From Octopus vulgaris (taxonomy: Eukaryota): a stretch of 64,000 nucleotides of DNA. Where the stretch lies: positions 77,128,001 through 77,192,000 of the forward strand of contig OX597823.1 in NCBI GenBank assembly GCA_951406725.2, written 5' to 3'. Position numbers and translations under genes: made by a program. Numbering within the stretch: position 1 is the first letter of the stretch; every line of letters starts with the position of its first letter. The notes under the pieces are model-generated. The model did not search any database, was not told where the DNA came from, and saw nothing but the letters and a program-made list of their open reading frames with translations. Positions 13,274-24,452 of the stretch are shown piece by piece.

Positions 13274-14935
13274 GAATCTTTATTATAGGCACAATGGCCC
13301 GAATGAAGAGGGGACATAACAATACAGGACATGGGGTACATATAACAAAAAAAAAAAGGATGGTATGACAATGAAATACCTATAATTAATTAAATGGAAT
13401 GGCTTACGAGCTACCCCCAAAGCTCGCAGTTTCATTTACAATTACAATTGTGCTGTCCGGGGCGTTCATCCATAATATAATCGAGTAACTCCTCCTGTTC
13501 TATAACACCTGGCAAACTGTCATATCGAATGTATTGCATTACGCGTACAGCTATATTTGAATACACATTTATTAATTTCATTACTGTCTCTCTTTCTACA
13601 ATTGCCGCCTTTATTTGGTCATCGAATATCTTCAGGCTCAGTTTTACTCTAGTTAGATTTTTCATATTCACTAATTTCTTCTCAATTTCTTTGTCCTTTT
13701 TGTACAACATTATAGCTTTGAGATTTCTTCCTTTTGGCCTCCGTCCTTCCTTACATATTTTCAGTTGTTCTTCCATTTTTCTTTCCCATTCTTTCTCTTC
13801 CTCCCACATTGAAACTTCACTCACTTTTGTTTCTGTATCTCTCTCTTTGTGCGTTTGATCCCCTATCTCGTCGGTAGACTTCTTTTTGGCTTTTTCCTTT
13901 TTTTGTGCTTTCGGTGGTGATTCCACCTGCGTTCTCTTTCTATCCTCTTTTTCTTCTGTTCTTTCCTTTTCTTTCTCCTTCACCAACTCGTCACCACTTT
14001 CCACATTATCTGTAGTCACGATTTCTTCTTCCGCTTGCAATTCCACATTCGCCTTTTGTAACTCCTCTGTCAAAGCCTCCAGTGTTATCGTCTTCTCTTG
14101 TACTTCTCTCAGCGGACACATATCCTTCATGTGACCTCTAATTTTACATTTGTAACACACTGGGGGTCTCCCCTTCACCACGACTCTGAGACATGTCTCG
14201 TCGGGGAAGACCAACTCCTCTGGGATGTTATACAGGTCTGGCATGGTTATGTGAACCAAAGCCTGCACCGCATAACCCCACCAATTTATTTCTTTCGACT
14301 TTTCTACCTTCAGTATGTGAACGCTCTCTTTGCAGTTGAATATTATTGCCGCTACAATTCTTTCCGTGTCCAGTTCCGATGAAATTTTACTAATCCGTAT
14401 TCTCACTGCTCTTTTTCCACAATAGCTAGGTAGTAACACCCATTTTTCGGATTTCAATACTGTCGTGGCGTTTCTCTTCGCTTCGTCTTTGTTTTCAAAA
14501 CGAATGTCTACTGTCGCATATTTTCTACCTCTATTGTAGAAGGTAGTTTTTCCTTTAATTTCCTGTAGACACTTCTCAATTTCTTCCACCTCTGCTACTT
14601 CTATTCTCTTCGAAACCACACTCCACGTTCTGTACGTTATAATTCTCTTCTCAGCTTCTTTCACTTCGTCTTTAGGTGGTGTGACCCTCAGACAATCACC
14701 TTCCTTCTTGATGCTGTCGTAGTACTTCCTCAAACTCTCCTTCTCGATAACTATTTCTTCCACCTGTAGTTCGCTCGCAACCAGGCCTCTGCCTGTTGCT
14801 ACCACATAAGTTTGAGCTTGCATACCCAACAAAAACTCCAACAATTCACCACGCCGTAACAACTTCCAACAACAAAATCCAACTCACAACCGCAATACAC
14901 AATAACCATAATACAAAATAACCAACACAAACACT
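13274..14935 (-). mobile_element. Full-length ORF1-only non-LTR element (Tx1/L1-related, HAL1-like), 1662 bp
   Basis: 17-bp TSD GCCCGCCAGCCGCA(G/A)AT at 13257-13273 and 14936-14952; 5' end AGTGTTTG; single ORF; 3' end ...GTGCCTATAATAAAGATTC; no RT or endonuclease. Confidence 0.8.
13432..14823 (-). CDS. Gag/ORF1p-like nucleic-acid-binding protein with CCHC zinc knuckle (463 aa from the first ATG)
   Basis: Uninterrupted ORF with C-x2-C-x4-H-x4-C (CYKCKIRGHMKDMC), preceded by an RRM-like region and followed by a K/E-rich tail. This is the layout of Tx1/L1 ORF1. Confidence 0.8.
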   Translation of the reverse strand: MQAQTYVVATGRGLVASELQVEEIVIEKESLRKYYDSIKKEGDCLRVTPPKDEVKEAEKRIITYRTWSVVSKRIEVAEVEEIEKCLQEIKGKTTFYNRGRKYATVDIRFENKDEAKRNATTVLKSEKWVLLPSYCGKRAVRIRISKISSELDTERIVAAIIFNCKESVHILKVEKSKEINWWGYAVQALVHITMPDLYNIPEELVFPDETCLRVVVKGRPPVCYKCKIRGHMKDMCPLREVQEKTITLEALTEELQKANVELQAEEEIVTTDNVESGDELVKEKEKERTEEKEDRKRTQVESPPKAQKKEKAKKKSTDEIGDQTHKERDTETKVSEVSMWEEEKEWERKMEEQLKICKEGRRPKGRNLKAIMLYKKDKEIEKKLVNMKNLTRVKLSLKIFDDQIKAAIVERETVMKLINVYSNIAVRVMQYIRYDSLPGVIEQEELLDYIMDERPGQHNCNCK

Positions 14936-15236
14936 GCCCGCCAGCCGCAAATATCTGTCCCGACTTCGTAAATATATATATCTAATTTTCAGTGAAGTTT
15001 ATTCACTGATTACCAAAATCAGAAATATTAAATTTCTAAATATCTCATAGAGATATGTACGGTGATGGGGCGATAGAATGGTTGTATACTGTCAATTTAA
15101 CGTGACAGTAGGGGATTAAACCACCGCTGTTTACCCCTAGGAAGCATCGATGCTTCCTGATGGCTTTGACACATTTATTCCTGCGTCCTTATATATTTAC
15201 GAAGGGGAGACAAACACCCCAGCAGCCAGGCCTGCA

Positions 15237-15283
15237 TCTAGAGACACACATGTTTCAGGATCTTTGTCCATCATCAGTCTAGA
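15237..15283 (-). ncRNA. Type I hammerhead ribozyme with intact catalytic core (unit 2)
   Basis: TCTAGA-CTGATGA-tGGA caaaga TCCt-GAAACA-tgtg-TGTC-TCTAGA: 6-bp helix I, short helix II, 3-bp helix III, GUC cleavage triplet (15245-15243). Confidence 0.8.
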
Positions 15284-16089
15284 GTAGCAGAAGCTCACCA
15301 GCTGCAGATATCTGTCCCAACTTCGTAAATATATAAATCTAATTTTCAGTGAAGTTTATTCACTGATTACCAAAATCAGAAATATTAAATTTCTAAATAT
15401 CTCATAGAGATATGTACGGTGGTGGGGCGTACATATCTCTATGAGCACCCACTAAACCGTATTAGTCATAAGGAAGAAGAGAAATCTAACATTTCACAGA
15501 GAATCCTTCATCACAAAAAAATAATAATAGTAAATGCCCTGATGCAGTACCAGGCAGTGGCTCTCATGGCTTCTGATCTTAACTGATTGGAAGTGTTATC
15601 ATGTACATTGTTTTGTCTAGGTAGAAAAGATGGGCTACAGCAAATATTCTGCTCAATACCACAGATTTGCTTGTCAGTTGTTTGACCTTAACCAGTTGAC
15701 CATGTCCATTGTGGCTGATGATATTTGCATCTCTGATCCCGAGCAGAAGTAGTTGGGAGCATCATAGCCATGTGTTGAGAGGCATTCTTTGGGGTTTGAA
15801 TAATTCACCTCTGGAAACATGGGTGTTTCATTTAACATACTTAAACAACCCTTATTCAGGGACCTTTTGAGCAGGATGGGTTACTCAACCAGAAAAAAAT
15901 TCTAACTGGGCCCCACCTGCAAGGTCATGTGCTGTTTATCTTGATATGAGATCACCATGTCATGCATATATGTTTGTGATGCATGTACCTAGTGTAGCCT
16001 TATCAGATAGATAGTCATGATGGGTATACTGGGCTTTGTATATTTTACCCCAGTGGCACTTCAATGGCATGCACTGCTCTCTCACTCAA

Positions 16090-16281
16090 TAATAATAAAT
16101 AATAACATTGAAAAATACCTTAGGAATGAGAACCCAGGTTCGAAATTTCTCCAAGACACCTGAAGAAGGCTGGAGGGTATATCAGCCAAAACATTGTGTT
16201 AACAACAAACAAAATGACGACAAATATCCCCCAAATGTAAATAATGTACATAATTCCTCATCTCTTAAATATAGAACTGTC
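16090..16281 (+). repeat. Interspersed repeat following (AAT)n with a degenerate hammerhead; second copy 26130-26290(-)
   Basis: acac-CTGAAGA-aGGCTG gagggtatat CAGCC-AAAAC-ATT-gtgt (G>A in the core). The minus-strand copy has helix II deleted. Confidence 0.65.
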
Positions 16282-16565
16282 TTAAATGTTAAATTTTATT
16301 CTTAATTTGCCTAACAGAATGTTTTTTTTAAATTTTACTTGATGTAATTGTTGTCTATAAGAATGTATGCATGAATGTACATTGAATATAAGGCAGAAAA
16401 TACAAACTTTAGATATATCAATTTAATTAATTTTAATGGCTGTTTCATTGGGAATAAGCATAATTCCAAAGTTACATAATTAAAATATATAATTAATCAA
16501 TATAAAGTAATTTCATTTCAATTAATTTAAAGCAATGTTCTTCCCAAATTATCAAGAATACAACT

Positions 16566-16891
16566 TTAACCCTTCAATGTTTAAACTGCCATATCCAACC
16601 CAAATAGTCTACCTGTTCAACGTTCCAACCAACCACACCTGGTCTCTGGCACCTACCCTACAGTGCCATTCTAAATCTTGAAGCTACAAAATAATGATTT
16701 CCTTCTTTATCAATTAGATTTCTTTGTTAAATGCATTACCAATTTATTCACATTGTTTTGAATTAATCGTGCATTATCTTGTACCTTCAAGATTTCGATG
16801 AGGGGATTATATATTTTAGAATGACATCATAGAGTAAGTGTGAGAGGTTAAAACTGACCGAATATGGTCAGTTTAGATGGTAACGTGTTAA
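16566..16891. mobile_element. piggyBac-like MITE (partial copy ~44385-44555)
   Basis: Ends TTAA-CCCTT ... AACGTG-TTAA; interior homologous to 44390-44550. Confidence 0.45.
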
Positions 16892-17394
16892 ACCAGCAAC
16901 AGTTTACAGCTAGCATAGCTGGTAACATTCCTGATGATTTGGGACAAATATGGCTTTCACTTAATTTAATTTGAATTCGTTTACATTAATTAATTATATA
17001 TTATAATTATGCAATTATTGAATTATGCTTATTCCTAATGAAACAGCTGTTGAAAGTAATTGAATTATGATCTGTCTGTAAAATTTCTGGCTTTCTGCCT
17101 TGCATTCGAAACATTTCAAACAATGGTTTTAGCTGATTATGTGTATAAATGGGAACTTCTTCCATTGAATTTTCTTCAATATTATCACTTTTTGGAGATG
17201 AAAAATTTATTGTCAATTAAATTCTTAATTACCATGGAAATATATGTTTTGATGTTTTATGCATTGTCTGTTTTGATAAGAATATAACATACACATTTAT
17301 ATATTTATATTAGCATGTAAGTATGGGCATATATATATTACATCTTTGGCTTTCTATCTTTTTTCAGTCATTTGACTGTTGCCATATATATCTA

Positions 17395-17518
<124 letters not shown>

Positions 17519-17568
17519 TGTATGTATGTATGTATGTATGTATGTATGTATGTATGTATGTATGTATG

Positions 17569-17644
<76 letters not shown>

Positions 17645-17647
17645 ATC

Positions 17648-17861
17648 ATTAGAATCAAAATAAGCAACAAGGATATCCAGAGGTAATGCAGTACGATCGT
17701 TTCATGCAACTCCATTTAATTGAACAATGTAAACATTACATCAATTTAAATGCAGAGCCATCCTCAGCTGCACAAAGACATAGAATTTGGTTAAATTAAA
17801 GCAGATGGACACATTAGTATAATTACCTCTGGATATCCTTGTTGCTTATTTTGATTCTAAT
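17648..17861 (-). mobile_element. Inverted-arm cassette (perfect 40-bp arms) enclosing a hammerhead
   Basis: ATTAGAATCAAAATAAGCAACAAGGATATCCAGAGGTAAT at 17648-17687 and its exact reverse complement at 17822-17861. Confidence 0.75.
17687..17772 (-). ncRNA. Type I minimal hammerhead ribozyme with intact core
   Basis: TGCAG-CTGAGGA-[long helix II: TG/CA, GCTC/GAGT, CATTT/AAATG, AATTGA/TCAATT]-GAAAC-gatc-GTA-CTGCA; palindromic ACGATCGT. Confidence 0.75.
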
Positions 17862-18574
17862 CACCTTATTTTGAAATGGATAATACCGTACTAAGTTCTA
17901 GTGCCTCAGCTTAAGTACCATATTCATCTGAATCTAAATTTTTGCTGAACTCATACATACATACATATATATATATATATATGTGTGTGTGTGTATATAT
18001 ATGTATGTATGTATATATAATATGGATGAGATCCAGAGATTCTCCATATAGTAGACAATTAGTAGTGCTCAAAAGATTTAAACTTAGATTCCAATGTCAT
18101 TACAGGGACTCGTTTCCACAAGGTAAAGAAAGGCTATAAAGAGGATCAAATTGAGCGGCTACAGAGACAATTATGTGAATATACAAATATAATATATTAG
18201 ATATATGAAATACATTAAATATACTAAACATAATAGTTTGGGTATGAAATACAAAATACGTATAGATGTAAACATTCAAAAAGAAAGAAAGTAATATTTA
18301 TGTTAAGGGGTCCAAATTACATAGAGTACAAAAGATAGAAAAATTAAATGGGTTGAATAAAGGTGTTATAAGTCCGACAGCTGTTTCTGGGTGCTCAGTG
18401 ATCTCTTTTACTTGTTTCAGTCATTTGACTGTGGCCATGCTGGAGCACCGCCTTGAGTTGAGCAAATCGATTCCAGGACTTATTCTTTGTAAGCCTAATA
18501 CTTATTCTATCAGTGTCTCTTAGTGGTCATCTAAAGCATGGAAAGCAGACGTTAAACGATGATGATGATGATAC

Positions 18575-18930
18575 ATATAAGAGGGATTACCACTAAGTTG
18601 ACATCCATTATGCTAGATGTCGACCCCCTATGGTCTTATCACTAAGAAAGGAATATTCTCAAGAAAATTTAGCAAACGCCATAATGTAAGCGAGCAAGAC
18701 AAAGACAAATGTAAAGATACAAAATTTTCTTGAGAACATTCCTTTCTTAGTGGTAAGACCATGGGAGGTGGGGGGGGGTCAACTTCTAGCATAATGGATT
18801 TCCACTTAGTGGTCATTCCTCTTATATATATGAAATATAATTTTTCTGAATCTTCAGATTTTTCTATATGCTAGACCACTGGTTTTAAATTAATATTAAT
18901 CAAATTAATATTCAATTTTTCACCCTTATT
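18575..18930. repeat. ~95-bp inverted-repeat cassette of the same family as 11175-11632
   Basis: Arms 18575-18670 and 18722-18827; 18865-18930 resembles the reverse complement of 11175-11240. Confidence 0.65.
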
Positions 18931-19194
18931 ATTTAAAGTTTAAATTTAATATATATATATATATAAAACGACCTCGAACCCACAAGAGTAAACAAGGGAG
19001 ACAGAGGCTGGCATAAACAAGGAAAATGCCACTTGTATTTGAACACTATACAAATATTCTTTTAAAAAATTTAAAAAATTTTTCTAAATTTAATTGTTTT
19101 CCATACTTACAGTTGAAAAAGTCTCAATGACTGAAACCGGTACTGAAACGTCTTTTATAAAATTATTTTAGCATTTTCTATCTTGACTTTTTTT

Positions 19195-19241
<47 letters not shown>

Positions 19242-19519
19242 CACTGACATCATTTCTTTCTGCAAAGGCAAAGTTAAATTCACCAAGGCAAAGCAGGGGA
19301 GGACACACAAGATGCTGAAGTCAAGTGAAAAGTGGAGGTGGAAGAAATATTTAAGGGCTAAAAGTGATTTGTTTTGGGTGATGACTGTTCTTTGGAATAA
19401 GATTGATTGCTGTATTGTTTATGATGCGATGAAGGAAAGAAGGTGATGAGGTCTTAAAATGTATTAATTTATCATTTAACATTGATTTTTAATATTTTAA
19501 CTGAGAGCGACAGGTGAGG

Positions 19520-20090
19520 GAAATATCATCATCGTCATCATCATCATCATCGTAGTCATCCTCATCATGTACATTCCTCTTAGAATTTTTGTGTTACATT
19601 CTATTATCATCTACTTCATCATCATTGTCGTGTTTCAGCATCATCATAACCATCATCACTGGCATGATTGTCATCATCATCATAACCATCATCATCACAT
19701 CATCATCATCACCATCATCATCACCATCATCATCACCATCATCACCATCCCCACCACCACTACCACCACCACCATCACCATCATCATCACATCATCATTA
19801 TCTTTATTATCATCATCATCATCATCATCTTCATTTTCAACATCAATATCTTGTCATCATCATCATCATTGTCATCATCATCATCATCATCATCATCATC
19901 TTCATTGTCAACATCAATATCATAGTCATCATCATCATCATCATTGTCATTGTCTTCATCAACACCTACGTCATCACCATCGTCATCATCATCATAATCA
20001 TTATCATCATCAGCAGCATTGTCCTCAACATTACCTTCAGTATTAATATTGATTTTATTATCATTACTTTTATCATAATTACAATCATTG
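19520..20090. repeat. Degenerate (CAT/CAC)n trinucleotide array (similar arrays 40320-40430, 43420-44060, 48490-48735, 53490-53885)
   Basis: Direct inspection; these arrays explain the poly-H/S/I/D/M ORFs. Confidence 0.95.
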
Positions 20091-21891
20091 AAATATCATG
20101 CATTTCCTATTTGTTATCCTTGTAAAAGGCAGGTGACAAAGTGAGCAACCAGCTGTAAGGTAACTGGTTCAAACCCAATACAGATTTACCTTTAATACTG
20201 GCTGCTGTCAGAATGCATAATTTTATATTGCTTTAATTCAATTTTCTAAATGGAAAATTATTAGAGAAACATCAGGTTTCGGTGAACTGATATAAATTTT
20301 CATCTGACCTCTTATGAAGGAATTGGTGATGATGTGTGAAGAGGGTACTTGGGAATAAGCTTGGGGGTCTACTTGATTCATATCTTTATTACTACTACTG
20401 AAGCATTTAGCTTCTAATGGCCCAATCAACTGAGTTAACTAGGGACCATAATATATTCTCTCTCTCTTTATTTTCTCTTATTCCTTTCTGCTGAAGAGCG
20501 TAGGCTTGAAACATAAAAGACTTTTTCATTTTCTCAAGCATCAAACTAATGCACCTGCTTGTTGTTCATACCCTTGTCTTCATCTTTTGTTTTTCTATAA
20601 ATTTCAATCAAATTATAAAGCAAGCTACTACTATTAGAAGTAACAACCACTTTACAAACACAGCAAGAGAGAAGAAAATACATGAAAGTTTTAGCTATCT
20701 ATACTAAAATGTGTGTATATATTTTCCTAGTCATTCTTATATATTCACTGTGGCTTTGCTATTGTTGTTTACCAGCAGTTCAGTGTTATTTGAGCACACA
20801 CATTATTAAACAGATCAAAATATTCCAGGAGTGGCCACCTTATCTTTCTTTTTCTGATATATTATACACCAGTCAACATAATCCAATCTTTTATCTTTTA
20901 CTTGAATTTTTAACCAAATGAATTGGCCCCAGGACTTACTTCTTTTTTAAGCCTGGTACTTATTCTATTAGTCTCTTTTGCTGAACGTGGTGATGGTGGC
21001 GACAAACATGGATACAGAGACACAAACATAGATAAAGATATATATATACATACAACCGGTTTCTTTCTACCAAATCTACTCTGAAGGTTTTGGTTGGCCA
21101 GGGATATAGTAAAAGACACTTGCCCAAGTTGCTACACAGTGGGACTGAAGCCAGAACCATGTGGTTGAGAAGCAAGCTTCATACCACACAGCCACGCCTA
21201 CACCTATGCGTATTTCATTTTTCTAATGTTATAAGTTATCGTTTGAGGAGCATTTGGGTGCTATTTCCAGCGAGTTTAACAACCACATATAAGCTCTCTT
21301 CTGTCGTTTATTAACAATAAGAAATGAGTGAAATAATTTTGGTGAGTTAAAAAATTTTTTTCAAAACCCTTTTGTCAACAAAATTCTTTTCTTAGAATGG
21401 ATGACAAATTTAGATGTATAAGATATGTGAGGCTCTACTGTAGTGCATTAAAATTATTGAATAGACAAGATCTTTGGACCCTAAATAGAACTGAGTTAAA
21501 TATAGCATATTTTAGATGAAACATTAACTGAATGCAAAGTCAGAATACAGGAAGCAGAGAGAGAGGAACTGAACATTAAAGGTTTTTTTTTATTCAAGGA
21601 AATGTGGTTGCACTGTTACAGCCCAGTGGATGCTATGTGCTGGACAGGAAAGTCCTTTGTGCATGAAGCGAATATGGGATTTGTAGTACAAGATGACCAT
21701 GGAGAGCATAGAAAGGTGCATTGCAGTGAAAAACTAAGAATGTTGAGCATTAATGCTTAGCTGTTATACCACAACCCCAACTAACATAATATTAGAGTGA
21801 AATATAGACCTTATGAAAATGATATTAATGATGAAATGTGGTCACACACATACACACAGATATATCTAGATATCAGTTTACATATCTATCA

Positions 21892-21944
<53 letters not shown>

Positions 21945-21985
21945 ATTCTCTACCTATCTGTCTGTCCATCTCTCTCTCTCTCTCT

Positions 21986-22027
<42 letters not shown>

Positions 22028-22109
22028 TGATTGATAGAAATGGTAAGACAACAAAAGAATGAAAGAGACCTCGATATTATGTAAATAGAAGAATTTATCT
22101 GTAAATATG

Positions 22110-22292
22110 ATATTCGGTAGCCATGATAAAACTCCATGGTTTAGATGTCGGGGCGGAAACCCATGCCGCCATCTCTTCAGTTATCTGGCCATCAAAAAAA
22201 ATGCCATGGAAAAACGTTTAACTGAAGAGATGGCAGCATTGGTTTCTGACCTGACATCCGAAACTCAGAGTTTAATCATGGCTACAGAATAT
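22110..22292. repeat. Inverted pair of hammerhead-bearing ~75-bp arms
   Basis: Arms 22110-22185 and 22219-22292; plus arm reads CTGAAGA-GATG...CATC-cGAAAC-tcaga-GTT. Confidence 0.7.
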
Positions 22293-22655
22293 TTGTCCCG
22301 TATTTTATTTATATATATATATAGGCGCAGGAGTATATATATATATATATATTGGGCAAGTGTCTTCTACACATTGAGTGGATTTGGTATAAAGAAGCCC
22401 GTTTATATGTATATATATGCGTGTGTGTGTTTGTGTGTCTGTGTTTGTCCCCCTAGCATTGCTTGACACCGATGCTGGTGTGTTTATGTCCCCGTTACAG
22501 CAAAAGAGACCGATAGAATAAGTACTGGGCTTACAAAAGAATAAGTCCCGGTGTCGAGTTGCTCGATTAAAGGTGGTGCTCCAGCATGGCCGCAGTCAAA
22601 TGACTGAAACAAGTAAAAGAGTAAAAGAGAAAGAGATATATATACACATGAATAT

Positions 22656-22686
<31 letters not shown>

Positions 22687-23696
22687 TGAGGAATTTTGTT
22701 TGAGTGGTTGATCTATGAAACCAAATAGCTGAACTTAGAAATATAATATAATTACTTCATAATATCCTCTTCACACAAAAACATTAGAAATACTATTTAT
22801 TTTGTAAACAACATCATTAATCAGCAAACTTACAATTAATGATTAGGGCTAACAGCATGCAGTACAGATTGTAAATGATACACGAATACAGGAAGAGACT
22901 GAAGTTTTCTCCCTTAGATTACAGAATTTATAACTTCTTTTAAAAGAAATGTAAACTGGGTGGTATGATTCACACGGTTTCAGACGAACAGTTTAATTAC
23001 TATGTAATAATGAATCTAAGTTAAACAAATATTGTTATTTCCTTTTTAAAAGTTACACTTATAAGGCTGTTCAGCAATTGACCATCTTTTACCCCAGTAC
23101 TAATCTATGCCAAACTTCTTTATACTGCCCCTTGTCTTTATAGAAGCCCTTTATTTTTCGGGAAAATTCTTACTCAAATTTAAAACTATACAAGCCACTG
23201 GGATCACCTTACTGCCAACCAACTCCTTAATTGAATACATAAATAAAAATGAACACAGATTGTTGCTTGGTCAGGGAACTGTTTTTTCTCATAATTCTGA
23301 TAATTTTGGCACAAAGCCGACTGTTTTGAGGGATGGGGCAAGCTGGCTACATCAACCCCAATGCTCAGCCGATGTATATTTTATCAACCATGGAAGGATG
23401 AAAATCAAAGTCAACCTCAGCTGAACTTGAACCCAAAACATACGAAGTCAAAAGAAGTGCTGCTAAGAATTTTTGCGTGACATGCTAAAGAGTCTCCCAG
23501 TTCATTTTACCACATATAATGAATATGTTGCAATAACCTGATGGCATCTACTTCTGCAGCACTCCTGTTGGTGCAATAAAATACTTCTTTTAAGTTTATA
23601 ACTGAACTAAGTTTACAACCTAAATGAATTTACTATAACAGTAACCTCTTCTGGCCTAGCAACAACTATACCAGTGGTTCCCAACCTTCTCACTCT

Positions 23697-24155
23697 CAGC
23701 ACTGGATTACCTAACCCATTAAGCAAAATAAGTAAGTGCTTAGGGCATCAAGGAGCAGGTGCACCACAAAAATGAAAATGGTTTACTGCACTAAAGAAAT
23801 CAATTTAGACTTGCTAAAATAATATTCATAATGACTTATCTCTACTAAGCATAGAAGCAGAAGTTTTAGGTAAAATCAATTTTAATGATATCATTGAACA
23901 CTTTGCAATTAATTAAAAAAAGGAGAAATTCTTTTCAGATGTAAACAGAAGTGGAAGCATAAAAAAAAATAAACATTATTTTCCATCTTACTGGGAATTT
24001 TATTTCCTTTTGAAATATAAAAATTTATTTTATGGTTTATTAATATTTAGATTTTGAATTATTTTTGTTTACAATTTGAACCATTTAAATATACTTGAGG
24101 GCACCAAAACCTTTTTTTAGTGCTTAGGGCCTCTATGGGTCTTGACCCAGCCCTG
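23697..24155 (+). mobile_element. Non-autonomous hAT element nested in another hAT-like MITE
   Basis: TIRs CAGCACTGG / CCAGCCCTG; imperfect 8-bp TSD ctcactct/ctcacagt; interior translates to DLSLLSIEAEVLGKINFNDIIEHFA (hAT C-terminus); CAGTGGTTCCCAAC terminus at 23672. Confidence 0.6.
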
Positions 24156-24407
24156 CTCACAGTGTTTCCCAACACTTTTATTAAATGAGTTTTCCCACAG
24201 ACCCCTTTTAATATGCTTATCCTTATGTGTGTGTGTATTTATATATATATATAAAGTAATAAATAATGTGGACAAAAGCATATAATTTGATTAGTGTATT
24301 TAAATGCTGAGTAGAGCACCGGCTTTTATTCATTCCCAAATATTTGATGGACATGTAACAACAAGGCAGCCAACACTAAAAATCTCTAATGAGACTTCTT
24401 TATCAAT

Positions 24408-24452
24408 GTACCTGAAGAGACCCAGACTGGTGGGTTGAAACATATATTGTAC
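24408..24452 (+). ncRNA. Near-intact minimal hammerhead followed by AATAAA
   Basis: GTAC-CTGAAGA-GACCCA gactgg TGGGTT-GAAAC-atat-ATT-GTAC-ct-AATAAA. Confidence 0.6.

Larger units (their letters stand above)
13042..15446 (-). repeat. Two-copy 357-bp tandem repeat with one hammerhead per unit (retrozyme-like); copy 1 interrupted by an insertion
   Basis: 13042-13273 matches 15079-15309 and 14936-15072 matches 15293-15429, giving a 357-bp period. The array ends in a short inverted duplication (15401-15446). Confidence 0.85.

Noticed and set aside
13042-15430. A-ORF-B-A-B layout resembling Ngaro/PAT split direct repeats or an LTR element
   Set aside because: The 17-bp TSD shows an insertion into one unit of a tandem. 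There is no RT, tyrosine recombinase, PBS or PPT, and the ORF runs opposite to the Ngaro arrangement.
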